Below are positions 8,121-17,305 of a stretch of 23,134 nucleotides of DNA, piece by piece. How positions within the stretch are numbered: position 1 is the first letter of the stretch; each line of letters starts with the position of its first letter. The notes under the pieces are model-generated. The model was not told the DNA's origin. It was given only the letters and a program-made list of their open reading frames with translations, and searched no databases. The position numbers and the translations under genes are program-made. Origin of the DNA: a virus (lineage: Duplodnaviria > Heunggongvirae > Uroviricota > Caudoviricetes); IMG/VR virus record IMGVR_UViG_2651869694_000013. One strand, given 5' to 3'.

Positions 8121-8444
8121 CTAGATAAGAGGAATCGATTTTCCCTTAATTTTCTGGCGTCCACTGCATGTTATGCCGCGTTCGCCAGGCTTGCTGTACC
8201 ATGTGCGCTGATTCTTGCGCTCAATACGTTGCAGGTTGCTTTCAATCTGTTTGTGGTATTCAGCCAGCACTGTAAGGTCTATCGGATTTAGTGCGCTTTC
8301 TACTCGTGATTTCGGTTTGCGATTCAGCGAGAGAATAGGGCGGTTAACTGGTTTTGCGCTTACCCCAACCAACAGGGGATTTGCTGCTTTCCATTGAGCC
8401 TGTTTCTCTGCGCGACGTTCGCGGCGGCGTGTTTGTGCATCCAT
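8121..8444 (-). CDS. N: Antitermination protein N
   Basis: 107-aa product MDAQTRRRERRAEKQAQWKAANPLLVGVSAKPVNRPILSLNRKPKSRVESALNPIDLTVLAEYHK... matches recalled lambda N with its arginine-rich motif. The tracked ORF extends upstream; the internal Met is taken as the start. Confidence 0.9.
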   Translation of the reverse strand: MDAQTRRRERRAEKQAQWKAANPLLVGVSAKPVNRPILSLNRKPKSRVESALNPIDLTVLAEYHKQIESNLQRIERKNQRTWYSKPGERGITCSGRQKIKGKSIPLI

Positions 8445-8602
8445 CTGGATTCTCCTGTCAGTTAGCTTTGGTGGTGTGTGGCAGTTGTAGTCCTGAACGA
8501 AAACCCCCCGCGATTGGCACATTGGCAGCTAATCCGGAATCGCACTTCCGGCCAATGCTTCGTTTCGTATCACACACCCCAAAGCCTTCTGCTTTGAATG
8601 CT

Positions 8603-8633
8603 GCCCTTCTTCAGGGCTTAATTTTTAAGAGCG
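8603..8633 (-). promoter_or_regulatory. nutL site (boxA CGCTCTTA and boxB GCCCTGAAGAAGGGC on the minus strand)
   Basis: Plus strand shows GCCCTTCTTCAGGGC (8603-8617) and TAAGAGCG (8626-8633), the reverse complements of lambda boxB(L) and boxA, correctly placed between pL and N. Confidence 0.8.
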
Positions 8634-8677
8634 TCACCTTCATGGTGGTCAGTGCGTCCTGCTGATGGCTTAAAATT

Positions 8678-8746
8678 ACAAGAAAGATTGTATGTTGTAA
8701 ACAAGAAATATTGTAAAAAGGGGGCATGAAAAACAAACTCCATTGT
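8678..8746 (-). promoter_or_regulatory. oL/pL region with three 434-type 14-bp operators
   Basis: ACAAGAAAGATTGT (8678-8691), ACAAGAAATATTGT (8701-8714), ACAAACTCCATTGT (8733-8746) fit the 434 operator pattern ACAA-N6-TTGT; a TACAAT -10-like hexamer overlaps on the minus strand. Confidence 0.7.
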
Positions 8747-8796
8747 TTTTAAACGGAAAATAGTTTGTTTTTTGGTTATCGAGATTGAGGTGGGGA

Positions 8797-10152
<1,356 letters not shown>

Positions 10153-10161
10153 GACATTCCC

Positions 10162-10193
10162 GCTCTTACACATCCCAGCCCTGAAAAAGGGCA
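10162..10193 (+). promoter_or_regulatory. nutR site (boxA CGCTCTTA and boxB GCCCTGAAAAAGGGC)
   Basis: Exact boxA at 10162-10169 and boxB hairpin at 10179-10193, followed by the lambda-like tR1 region and cII leader. Confidence 0.8.
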
Positions 10194-10271
10194 TCAAATT
10201 AAACCACACCTATGGTGTATGCATTTATTTGCATACATTCAATCAATTGTTATCTAAGGAAATACTTACAT

Positions 10272-10565
10272 ATGGTTCGTGCAAACAAACGCAACGAGGC
10301 TCTACGAATCGAGAGTGCGTTGCTTAACAAAATCGCAATGCTTGGAACTGAGAAGACAGCGGAAGCTGTGGGCGTTGATAAGTCGCAGATCAGCAGGTGG
10401 AAGAGGGACTGGATTCCAAAGTTCTCAATGCTGCTTGCTGTTCTTGAATGGGGGGTCGTTGACGACGACATGGCTCGATTGGCGCGACAAGTTGCTGCGA
10501 TTCTCACCAATAAAAAACGCCCGGCGGCAACCGAGCGTTCTGAACAAATCCAGATGGAGTTCTGA
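10272..10565 (+). CDS. cII: Transcriptional activator cII
   Basis: 97-aa product MVRANKRNEALRIESALLNKIAMLGTEKTAEAVGVDKSQISRWKRDWIPKFSMLLAVLEWGVVDDDMARLARQVAAILTNKKRPAATERSEQIQMEF matches recalled lambda cII. Confidence 0.95.
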   Translation: MVRANKRNEALRIESALLNKIAMLGTEKTAEAVGVDKSQISRWKRDWIPKFSMLLAVLEWGVVDDDMARLARQVAAILTNKKRPAATERSEQIQMEF

Positions 10566-10597
10566 GGTCATTACTGGATCTATCAACAGGAGTCATT

Positions 10598-11497
10598 ATG
10601 ACAAATACAGCAAAAATACTCAACTTCGGCAGAGGTAACTTTGCCGGACAGGAGCGTAATGTGGCAGATCTCGATGATGGTTACGCCAGACTATCAAATA
10701 TGCTGCTTGAGGCTTATTCGGGCGCAGATCTGACCAAGCGACAGTTTAAAGTGCTGCTTGCCATTCTGCGTAAAACCTATGGGTGGAATAAACCAATGGA
10801 CAGAATCACCGATTCTCAACTTAGCGAGATTACAAAGTTACCCGTCAAACGGTGCAATGAAGCCAAGTTAGAACTCGTCAGAATGAATATTATCAAGCAG
10901 CAAGGCGGCATGTTTGGACCAAATAAAAACATCTCAGAATGGTGCATCCCTCAAAACGAGGGAAAATCCCCTAAAACGAGGGATAAAACATCCCTCAAAT
11001 TGGGGGATTGCTATCCCTCAAAACAGGGGGACACAAAAGACACTATTACAAAAGAAAAAAGAAAAGATTATTCGTCAGAGAATTCTGGCGAATCCTCTGA
11101 CCAGCCAGAAAACGACCTTTCTGTGGTGAAACCGGATGCTGCAATTCAGAGCGGCAGCAAGTGGGGGACAGCAGAAGACCTGACCGCCGCAGAGTGGATG
11201 TTTGACATGGTGAAGACTATCGCACCATCAGCCAGAAAACCGAATTTTGCTGGGTGGGCTAACGATATCCGCCTGATGCGTGAACGTGACGGACGTAACC
11301 ACCGCGACATGTGCGTGCTGTTCCGCTGGGCATGCCAGGACAACTTCTGGTCCGGTAACGTGCTGAGCCCGGCCAAACTCCGCGATAAGTGGACCCAACT
11401 CGAAATCAACCGTAACAAGCAACAGGCAGGCGTGACAGCCAGCAAACCAAAACTCGACCTGACAAACACAGACTGGATTTACGGGGTGGATCTATGA
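10598..11497 (+). CDS. O: Replication initiator O
   Basis: 299-aa product matching recalled lambda O (MTNTAKILNFGRGNFAGQERNVADLDDGYARLSNMLLEAYSGADLTKRQFKVLLAILRKTYGWNKPMDRITDSQLSEIT...); contains the iteron array. Confidence 0.95.
   Translation: MTNTAKILNFGRGNFAGQERNVADLDDGYARLSNMLLEAYSGADLTKRQFKVLLAILRKTYGWNKPMDRITDSQLSEITKLPVKRCNEAKLELVRMNIIKQQGGMFGPNKNISEWCIPQNEGKSPKTRDKTSLKLGDCYPSKQGDTKDTITKEKRKDYSSENSGESSDQPENDLSVVKPDAAIQSGSKWGTAEDLTAAEWMFDMVKTIAPSARKPNFAGWANDIRLMRERDGRNHRDMCVLFRWACQDNFWSGNVLSPAKLRDKWTQLEINRNKQQAGVTASKPKLDLTNTDWIYGVDL
10946..11070. other. Origin of replication: four O-binding iterons plus AT-rich region, inside the O gene
   Basis: Four tandem ~18-19-bp repeats of the form ATCCCTCAAAACGAGGGA (10946-11030) followed by an A/T-rich tract (AAAGAAAAAAGAAAAGATTATT). 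Confidence 0.8.
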
Positions 11498-12195
11498 AAA
11501 ACATCGCCGCACAGATGGTTAACTTTGACCGTGAGCAGATGCGTCGGATCGCCAACAACATGCCGGAACAGTACGACGAAAAGCCGCAGGTACAGCAGGT
11601 AGCGCAGATCATCAACGGTGTGTTCAGCCAGTTACTGGCAACTTTCCCGGCGAGCCTGGCTAACCGTGACCAGAACGAAGTGAACGAAATCCGTCGCCAG
11701 TGGGTTCTGGCTTTTCGGGAAAACGGGATCACCACGATGGAACAGGTTAACGCAGGAATGCGCGTAGCCCGTCGGCAGAATCGACCATTTCTGCCATCAC
11801 CCGGGCAGTTTGTTGCATGGTGCCGGGAAGAAGCATCCGTTACCGCCGGACTGCCAAACGTCAGCGAGCTGGTTGATATGGTTTACGAGTATTGCCGGAA
11901 GCGAGGCCTGTATCCGGATGCGGAGTCTTATCCGTGGAAATCAAACGCGCACTACTGGCTGGTTACCAACCTGTATCAGAACATGCGGGCCAATGCGCTT
12001 ACTGATGCGGAATTACGCCGTAAGGCCGCAGATGAGCTTGTCCATATGACTGCGAGAATTAACCGTGGTGAGGCGATCCCTGAACCAGTAAAACAACTTC
12101 CTGTCATGGGCGGTAGACCTCTAAATCGTGCACAGGCTCTGGCGAAGATCGCAGAAATCAAAGCTAAGTTCGGACTGAAAGGAGCAAGTGTATGA
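11494..12195 (+). CDS. P: Replication protein P (DnaB helicase loader)
   Basis: 233-aa product matching recalled lambda P (MKNIAAQMVNFDREQMRRIANNMPEQYDEKPQVQQVAQIINGVFSQLLATFPASLANRDQNEVNEIRRQW...); overlaps O by 4 nt. Confidence 0.95.
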   Translation: MKNIAAQMVNFDREQMRRIANNMPEQYDEKPQVQQVAQIINGVFSQLLATFPASLANRDQNEVNEIRRQWVLAFRENGITTMEQVNAGMRVARRQNRPFLPSPGQFVAWCREEASVTAGLPNVSELVDMVYEYCRKRGLYPDAESYPWKSNAHYWLVTNLYQNMRANALTDAELRRKAADELVHMTARINRGEAIPEPVKQLPVMGGRPLNRAQALAKIAEIKAKFGLKGASV

Positions 12196-12482
12196 CGGGC
12201 AAAGAGGCAATTATTCATTACCTGGGGACGCATAATAGCTTCTGTGCGCCGGACGTTGCCGCGTTAACAGGCGCAACAGTAACCAGCATAAATCAGGCCG
12301 CGGCTAAAATGGCACGGGCAGGTCTTCTGGTTATCGAAGGTAAGGTCTGGCGAACGGTGTATTACCGGTTTGCTACCAAGGAAGAACGGGAAGGAAAGAT
12401 GAGCACGAACCTGATTTTTAAGGAGTGTTGCCAGAGTGCCGCGATGAAACGGGTATTGGCGGTATATGGAGTTAAAAGATGA
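12192..12482 (+). CDS. ren: Ren (Rex-exclusion protection protein)
   Basis: 96-aa product MTGKEAIIHYLGTHNSFCAPDVAALTGATVTSINQAAAKMARAGLLVIEGKVWRTVYYRFATKEEREGKM... matches recalled lambda Ren. Confidence 0.9.
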   Translation: MTGKEAIIHYLGTHNSFCAPDVAALTGATVTSINQAAAKMARAGLLVIEGKVWRTVYYRFATKEEREGKMSTNLIFKECCQSAAMKRVLAVYGVKR

Positions 12483-12506
12483 CCATCTACATCACTGAGC
12501 TAATAA

Positions 12507-12539
12507 CAGGCCTGCTGGTAATCGCAGGCCTTTTTATTT
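12507..12539 (+). terminator. Rho-independent terminator (tR2-like)
   Basis: CAGGCCTGC-tggtaatc-GCAGGCCT hairpin followed by TTTTTATTT. Confidence 0.6.
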
Positions 12540-12554
12540 GGGGGAGAGTAAATC

Positions 12555-12761
12555 GTGGCTGAGTTAATTTTCTCTGCATTGAGGATTCTCGGTGCTATGT
12601 GGATGGTGTCGACGTTCATTGCGGTTGTCGGAAGTTTTGTCCGGTTGGTAGGCGAAGGTAAAGACCTGGTGGGTGTGCTTTTCGGTAGCATTCTCCTGTG
12701 GGTGATTATCGGTGTTGCGCCTGTCGCTGTAGCAAAAATGGCGTGGCGTTTTGTGAGTTGA
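12555..12761 (+). CDS. Small membrane protein (68 aa), GTG start
   Basis: GTG at 12555 preceded by a GGAGAG Shine-Dalgarno; two hydrophobic helices (ILGAMWMVSTFIAVVGSF and VLFGSILLWVIIGVAPVAVA). Confidence 0.5.
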   Translation: MAELIFSALRILGAMWMVSTFIAVVGSFVRLVGEGKDLVGVLFGSILLWVIIGVAPVAVAKMAWRFVS

Positions 12762-12778
12762 ACTGAGGATAAGTATCG

Positions 12779-13111
12779 ATGGACGAATCAAGAAAGCAGT
12801 TTGAAGAAAGTTGGTTGCGACGTGGAGGCGAATCCTCAGACCTTATCCGTTACCCTGAAAATCACCATGAAATTGGCAGCGGTAATATTGGTGGTCAATA
12901 CGTGATGGACGATGTTCAAGGCCACTGGCAAACGTGGCAGGCATCGCGAGCAGCTATTGAACTGGATATCGACTGGCCCGAATCGAATGACAACTTTTGG
13001 AAAGGTGGCGAAGAAGGCGCTTATGCGATGGGGCATGAGGATGGGAAGGACAAAACGGTAATTGCAGTGATGAAAGCCATCATAGCCGCTGAAGTCAAAG
13101 TGAAGGAGTAA
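12779..13111 (+). CDS. Hypothetical acidic protein (110 aa)
   Basis: ORF with a GAGGA Shine-Dalgarno about 9 nt upstream; no family recognised. Confidence 0.5.
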   Translation: MDESRKQFEESWLRRGGESSDLIRYPENHHEIGSGNIGGQYVMDDVQGHWQTWQASRAAIELDIDWPESNDNFWKGGEEGAYAMGHEDGKDKTVIAVMKAIIAAEVKVKE

Positions 13112-13113
13112 CG

Positions 13114-13524
13114 ATGAAGCAAACAATCTTCCTCCGAACTAAGCAACAACAGCAAGCCGCAATCAACGCCATCCTCGCAACTCCTCTCGATAAAGACAAG
13201 CCAGTCACCATCCGCATTACTGACTACAAGCGCAACCTTGACCAGAACGCAAAATTTCACGCGATGCTGGCGGATATCGCACGTCAGGTTCAATGGTGCG
13301 ATAAGTGGTTAAAACCAGAACAATGGAAGGTTTTGTTGATTAGCGGTCATGCAGTGGCAACAAAGCAGGAAGCTGATGTTTTGCCCGGGCTTGAAGGCGA
13401 ATACGTCAACATTCGCGAAAGCAGCGCGCAGATGAGCGTGAAGCGTATGGCAAGTCTGATCGAGTACACAACAGCCTGGGCTATTGGTCAGGGTGTCAGA
13501 TTTACCGACAGGAGGTACGAATGA
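13114..13524 (+). CDS. ninB: NinB-family recombination protein
   Basis: 136-aa product; resemblance to recalled lambda NinB (for example [22 protein letters not shown] versus RSLDQNRKLWA...); sits immediately upstream of a ninE-like start, as in lambda. Confidence 0.7.
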   Translation: MKQTIFLRTKQQQQAAINAILATPLDKDKPVTIRITDYKRNLDQNAKFHAMLADIARQVQWCDKWLKPEQWKVLLISGHAVATKQEADVLPGLEGEYVNIRESSAQMSVKRMASLIEYTTAWAIGQGVRFTDRRYE

Positions 13525-13622
13525 GACGACAGCGACGAAGCATCACCGACATAATCTGCGAAAACTGCAAATACCTTCCAACGAAACGCTCCAGAAATTT
13601 AGTTTTGAGCAGAATACCATGA
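13521..13622 (+). pseudogene. ninE: Truncated ninE-like gene (33 codons; NinE-like for 26 residues, then divergent and stopped)
   Basis: Hand translation [26 protein letters not shown] then LVLSRIP and stop. The start matches the recalled lambda NinE N-terminus; the ATG overlaps the ninB stop (ATGA). Appears to mark an insertion breakpoint. Confidence 0.45.
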
Positions 13623-13636
13623 TGTCAGTGCAAGGG

Positions 13637-13730
13637 GGAGAAAGTCTCCTCATTATCTGATTCGCAATTTACGTGCATATTTAAATATTGCACGTTACAA
13701 CGTGCATGTGTATGATTGACTTATCAATCA
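13637..13730. promoter_or_regulatory. Cluster of palindromic operator-like elements upstream of the 355-aa gene
   Basis: GGAGA-aag-TCTCC (13637-13649); three ACGTGCA/TGCACGT half-sites (13671-13677, 13689-13695, 13700-13706) around a TATTTAAATA core; TGATTGA-ctta-TCAATCA (13713-13730) containing a TTGACT -35-like hexamer. Confidence 0.4.
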
Positions 13731-13741
13731 CAACACGAGAT

Positions 13742-14755
13742 ATGCTCATGAAAAATGATGATGTTAGTGGGAAGGCCAAAGGCGGTAAGGCACGCGCGGC
13801 AAAAATGACAGCAGAGCAAAGAAAAGAATCCTCAAGAAAGGCTGTTGCCGCAAAAAAAGAAAAAGCTTTATTGCCCGTATCTGCGAATGAGGGAAAGTTA
13901 AAGATCGGTGATGCGGAATTAGATGTCGCGGTTCTCGAAAATGGACGGCGTATCATATCACAAGCTTCTGTTTTTAAAGCATTTGGCCGACCACAAAGAG
14001 GGGGTAGAGCACCTCAAGAAGAGGGGGTGATCAATATGCCCGCTTTTATGGATGCTGCAAACCTTAAAAAATATATAAATCAAGATGTTATGGATGTGAT
14101 CAATAAGGTCAAATACAAGACGATTACTGGCTCCGTCCAGGAAGGTTATGACGCATCCATAATACCTCTTGTCTGCGATGTTTATTTAAAGGCAAGAGAG
14201 GCAGGCGCTATCACCAGGCCAAACCAGTTAGAGACAGCCAAGAAAGCTGAAATTCTGGTGCGCTCATTAGCTAAAGTCGGAATAATAGCGCTTGTTGATG
14301 AAGCGACGGGGTACCAGCGAGATAGAGAAAAAGATGCGCTCGCCAAAATACTCGAGGCCTTTGTCGCAAAGGAAATTCAACCTTATATTACAACATTTCC
14401 TGCTGATTATTATGAAGAGCTTTTCAGGTTAAGGGGCTTAGAATACCCGCCGGAAAATCCCCGCTTCCGGCCTCAGTATTTTGGCGTTTTGACAAATGAT
14501 ATCGTCTACAAGAGATTGGCACCAAACATCCTTGAGGAGCTTAAAAAGCAGAACGTAAAGGCCTCAAAAGGTACAAAGTTGTTTCAGGGGCTGACGCCAA
14601 ATATTGGATATCAAAAATTAAGAGAGCATCTGTCATCAACCGTTACGATTATGAAGCTATCTAACGACTATTCAGATTTTATTGCAAAAATGAATCGCCT
14701 GCATCCAAGGTTTGAGGATGTGAAAACAGACGAACTGGATGATTCAGACAAGTAA
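13742..14755 (+). CDS. Uncharacterised phage protein (~337 aa) with a lysine-rich N-terminus; possibly P63C-domain family (unverified)
   Basis: Long ORF; the track starts it at a TTG (13688), but the ATG at 13742 or 13748 is more plausible. No Walker or other catalytic motif seen by eye. Confidence 0.6.
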   Translation: MLMKNDDVSGKAKGGKARAAKMTAEQRKESSRKAVAAKKEKALLPVSANEGKLKIGDAELDVAVLENGRRIISQASVFKAFGRPQRGGRAPQEEGVINMPAFMDAANLKKYINQDVMDVINKVKYKTITGSVQEGYDASIIPLVCDVYLKAREAGAITRPNQLETAKKAEILVRSLAKVGIIALVDEATGYQRDREKDALAKILEAFVAKEIQPYITTFPADYYEELFRLRGLEYPPENPRFRPQYFGVLTNDIVYKRLAPNILEELKKQNVKASKGTKLFQGLTPNIGYQKLREHLSSTVTIMKLSNDYSDFIAKMNRLHPRFEDVKTDELDDSDK

Positions 14756-14761
14756 CAGTAA

Positions 14762-14784
14762 CCCACCTTCAGGTGGTTTTTTTG
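14762..14784 (+). terminator. Rho-independent terminator
   Basis: CCACC-TTCA-GGTGG hairpin followed by seven T. Confidence 0.65.
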
Positions 14785-14849
14785 TACAAATCCTTCAGCG
14801 TAAGTTTACCTCCTTCACTGCATTACTACTGACCATTGACAACTTAACA

Positions 14850-14876
14850 AACCCAGCTTCGGCTGGGTTTTTTATT
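14850..14876 (+). terminator. Rho-independent terminator (second of a tandem pair)
   Basis: CCCAGC-TTCG-GCTGGG hairpin followed by TTTTTTATT. Confidence 0.65.
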
Positions 14877-14900
14877 GCTGAATTTTCAATATGAGAGGAC

Positions 14901-15614
14901 ATGACAATGAATGAGCTGATAAATAGCAACGCCATCAAAATGACCAGCATTGAAATCGCTGAGTTGGTGGGAAGTCGTCATGACAAGGTGAAACAATCTA
15001 TTGAACGACTGGCGGGACGAGGTGTAATAGCTTTTCCCCCAATGGGGGAGAAGCCCACCGCAGGCCGACCGGTAAGCTATTACATCTTCGAAGGAGAACA
15101 AGGTAAGCGCGACAGCATTATTGTCGTTGCCCAGTTGTCGCCGGAATTCACCGCTCGTCTTGTTGACCGTTGGCGAGAGCTTGAAGAAGCTGCGGTTAAT
15201 ATCCCAAAAACGCTACCAGAAGCGTTACGCCTTGCTGCTGATCTTGCTGAGCAGAAAATGCAACTAGAAAACCAGCTCGCAATTGCCGCACCTAAAGTTG
15301 AGTTTGCCGATCGCGTTGGCGAGGCCAGCGGAATTTTGATTGGAAACTATGCAAAGGTTGTTGGTATTGGTCCAAACAAACTGTTTGCGTGGATGCGTGA
15401 TCACAAAATCCTTATTGCTTCAGGTTCCCGGCGAAATGTGCCAATGCAGGAATATATGGAGCGCGGCTATTTCACAGTGAAAGAAACAGCGGTCAACACA
15501 AATCACGGAATACAGATATCGTTCACCACAAAAATCACCGGGCGTGGTCAACAGTGGCTGACCAGAAAGCTGCTCGATAACGGAATGCTGAAAGTAACAG
15601 GGGAGGCTGCTTAA
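14901..15614 (+). CDS. Phage regulatory protein, Rha N-terminal domain plus KilAC/ANT antirepressor C-terminal domain
   Basis: 237-aa product with a GAGAGG Shine-Dalgarno. N-terminal region (SIEIAELVGSRHDKVKQSIERL...) resembles the Rha family; C-terminal region (FADRVGEASGILIGNYAKVVGIGPNKLFAWMRDHKIL...) resembles the antirepressor KilAC domain. Confidence 0.75.
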   Translation: MTMNELINSNAIKMTSIEIAELVGSRHDKVKQSIERLAGRGVIAFPPMGEKPTAGRPVSYYIFEGEQGKRDSIIVVAQLSPEFTARLVDRWRELEEAAVNIPKTLPEALRLAADLAEQKMQLENQLAIAAPKVEFADRVGEASGILIGNYAKVVGIGPNKLFAWMRDHKILIASGSRRNVPMQEYMERGYFTVKETAVNTNHGIQISFTTKITGRGQQWLTRKLLDNGMLKVTGEAA

Positions 15615-15904
15615 TGGCTAACCTACGCAAAGAAGCACGCGGCAGAGAATGCCAGGTTCGTATTTACGGCATATGCAATGGCAATCCTGAAACTACAGTT
15701 CTGGCACATTACCGGATGGCTGGAATTTGCGGAACTGGAATGAAGCCTGAAGACCTGATCGGCGCATGGGCTTGTAGCGCGTGTCACGATGAAATCGACA
15801 GACGCACCCATAATCTCGACAACAAAGACGCCAGACTTTACCACCTCGAAGGCGTAATCAGGACGCAGGCGATACTGCTGAAGGAGGGGAAGATTAAGTC
15901 ATGA
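15614..15904 (+). CDS. DUF1364-family protein (YbcO-like putative zinc-binding nuclease)
   Basis: 96-aa product with conserved Cys/His pattern (RECQVR...CNGN...CSACHDEIDRRTH) resembling DLP12 YbcO; start overlaps the upstream stop (TAATG). Confidence 0.7.
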   Translation: MANLRKEARGRECQVRIYGICNGNPETTVLAHYRMAGICGTGMKPEDLIGAWACSACHDEIDRRTHNLDNKDARLYHLEGVIRTQAILLKEGKIKS

Positions 15905-16263
15905 ACGAATATCAGTTTGTGCTTCCATACCCGCCGTCGGTGAATACCTACTGGCGAAGACGGGGAAGCCAATACTACATCAGCGATAAAGGCCAGAAAT
16001 ACCGAAAAGACGTTCAGCAAATCATCCACCAACTCAAGTTAGATATTTTCACCAAATCACGACTCCGCATCAAAGTCATAGCAGACGTTCCAGACTCCCG
16101 CCGCCGCGACCTCGATAACATCCTGAAAGGTTTACTCGACTCCCTTATCCACGCCGGATTTGCGGAAGACGACGAGCAATTCGATGACATTCGCGTAATT
16201 CGTGGTGTGAAAGTACCAGGCGGACGGCTTGGAATAAAAATCACCGAACTGGAGAACGTATGA
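15901..16263 (+). CDS. rusA: Holliday-junction resolvase RusA
   Basis: 120-aa product with RusA-family signature (LPYPPSVNTYWRRRG...DSRRRDLDNILKGLLDSLIHAGF...GGRLGIKITELE). Confidence 0.85.
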   Translation: MNEYQFVLPYPPSVNTYWRRRGSQYYISDKGQKYRKDVQQIIHQLKLDIFTKSRLRIKVIADVPDSRRRDLDNILKGLLDSLIHAGFAEDDEQFDDIRVIRGVKVPGGRLGIKITELENV

Positions 16264-16448
16264 ACGCCACAATTCAAACGATACCAGAGCTTCTTATCCA
16301 GACACGAGGTAATCAGACCGAAGTGGCAAGGATACTTTCCTGCGCAAGAGGAACAGTGCTCAAGTACAACCGAGACAGCAAAGGTGAGCGTCACGTAATA
16401 GTTAACGGCGTCCTGATGGTAACGCCAGGCAAAAAGGGAAGACGATGA
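16260..16448 (+). CDS. ninH: NinH-like small DNA-binding protein
   Basis: 62-aa product (IPELLIQTRGNQTEVARILSCARGTVLKY...) resembling recalled lambda NinH (GNQTEVARRLKCSRGTVRKY). Confidence 0.6.
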   Translation: MNATIQTIPELLIQTRGNQTEVARILSCARGTVLKYNRDSKGERHVIVNGVLMVTPGKKGRR

Positions 16449-17068
16449 GACTCGAAAGCGTAGCTAAATTTCATTCGCCAAAAAGCCCGATGATGAGCGA
16501 CTCACCACGGGCTACGGCTTCTGACTCTCTTTCCGGTACTGATGTGATGGCTGCTATGGGGATGGCGCAATCACAAGCCGGATTCGGAATGGCTGCATTC
16601 TGCGGTAAGCATGAACTCAGCCAGAACGACAAACAAAAGGCTATCAACTATCTGATGCAATTTGCACACAAGGTATCGGGGAAATACCGTGGTGTGGCAA
16701 AGCTCGAAGGAAATACTAAGGCAAAGGTACTGCAAGTGCTCGCAACATTCGCTTATGCGGATTATTGCCGTAGTGCTGCTACGCCGGGCGCAAGATGCAG
16801 AGATTGCCACGGTACAGGCCGTGCGGTTGATATAGCCAAAACAGAGCAGTGGGGGATAGTTGCTGAGAAAGAGTGCGGAAGATGTAAAGGCGTCGGTTAT
16901 TCAAGAATGCCAGCAAGCGCCGCATATCGCGCTGTGACGATGCTAATCCCAAACCTTACCCAACCCACCTGGTCACGCACTGTTAAGCCGCTGTATGACG
17001 CTCTGGTTGTGCAATGCCACAAGGAAGAGTCAATCGCAGACAACATTTTGAATGCGATCACACGTTAG
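16445..17068 (+). CDS. Q: Late-gene antiterminator Q (lambda type)
   Basis: 207-aa product matching recalled lambda Q (MRLESVAKFHSPKSPMMSDSPRATASDSLSGTDVMAAMGMAQSQAGFGMAAFCGKHELSQNDKQKAINYLMQFAHKVSGKYRGVAKLEGNTK...). Confidence 0.95.
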   Translation: MRLESVAKFHSPKSPMMSDSPRATASDSLSGTDVMAAMGMAQSQAGFGMAAFCGKHELSQNDKQKAINYLMQFAHKVSGKYRGVAKLEGNTKAKVLQVLATFAYADYCRSAATPGARCRDCHGTGRAVDIAKTEQWGIVAEKECGRCKGVGYSRMPASAAYRAVTMLIPNLTQPTWSRTVKPLYDALVVQCHKEESIADNILNAITR

Positions 17069-17110
17069 CGCCATGATTGCCACGGATGGCAACATATTAA
17101 CGGCATAATA

Positions 17111-17139
17111 TTGACTTTTTGAATAACTTTGGGGAAACT
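17111..17139 (+). promoter_or_regulatory. Late promoter pR' with overlapping qut-like region
   Basis: TTGACT -35 (17111-17116), 17-bp spacer, GAAACT -10-like hexamer; the layout parallels the lambda pR' as I recall it. Downstream sequence diverges from lambda and shows no obvious tR'. Confidence 0.55.
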
Positions 17140-17305
17140 TGACATCAATAATGGGCGTTTTTTACATGTCATTGATGAGTCTCAATAACCTGCCGCCGAG
17201 TAGTTTTTATGCTCTGAATTGTATTTGTGTAGTAAACATGCTGACTGCAATGTAATAGAGTTTTTTTAGCCTGTAACCTCTTGACGGCATTGAATTGCTT
17301 TTGTT

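Noticed and set aside
8121-8522. N-terminally extended N protein (133 aa)
   Set aside because: The extension runs through the N leader RNA; the N match begins at the Met at 8444.
10946-11030. Direct-repeat array as a possible CRISPR
   Set aside because: The four ~18-bp repeats lie inside the O gene and match the ori iteron pattern, with no spacer architecture.
11146-11735. Minus-strand ORFs (64-109 aa) overlapping O and P
   Set aside because: Antisense to the confidently identified replication genes; no start signals.
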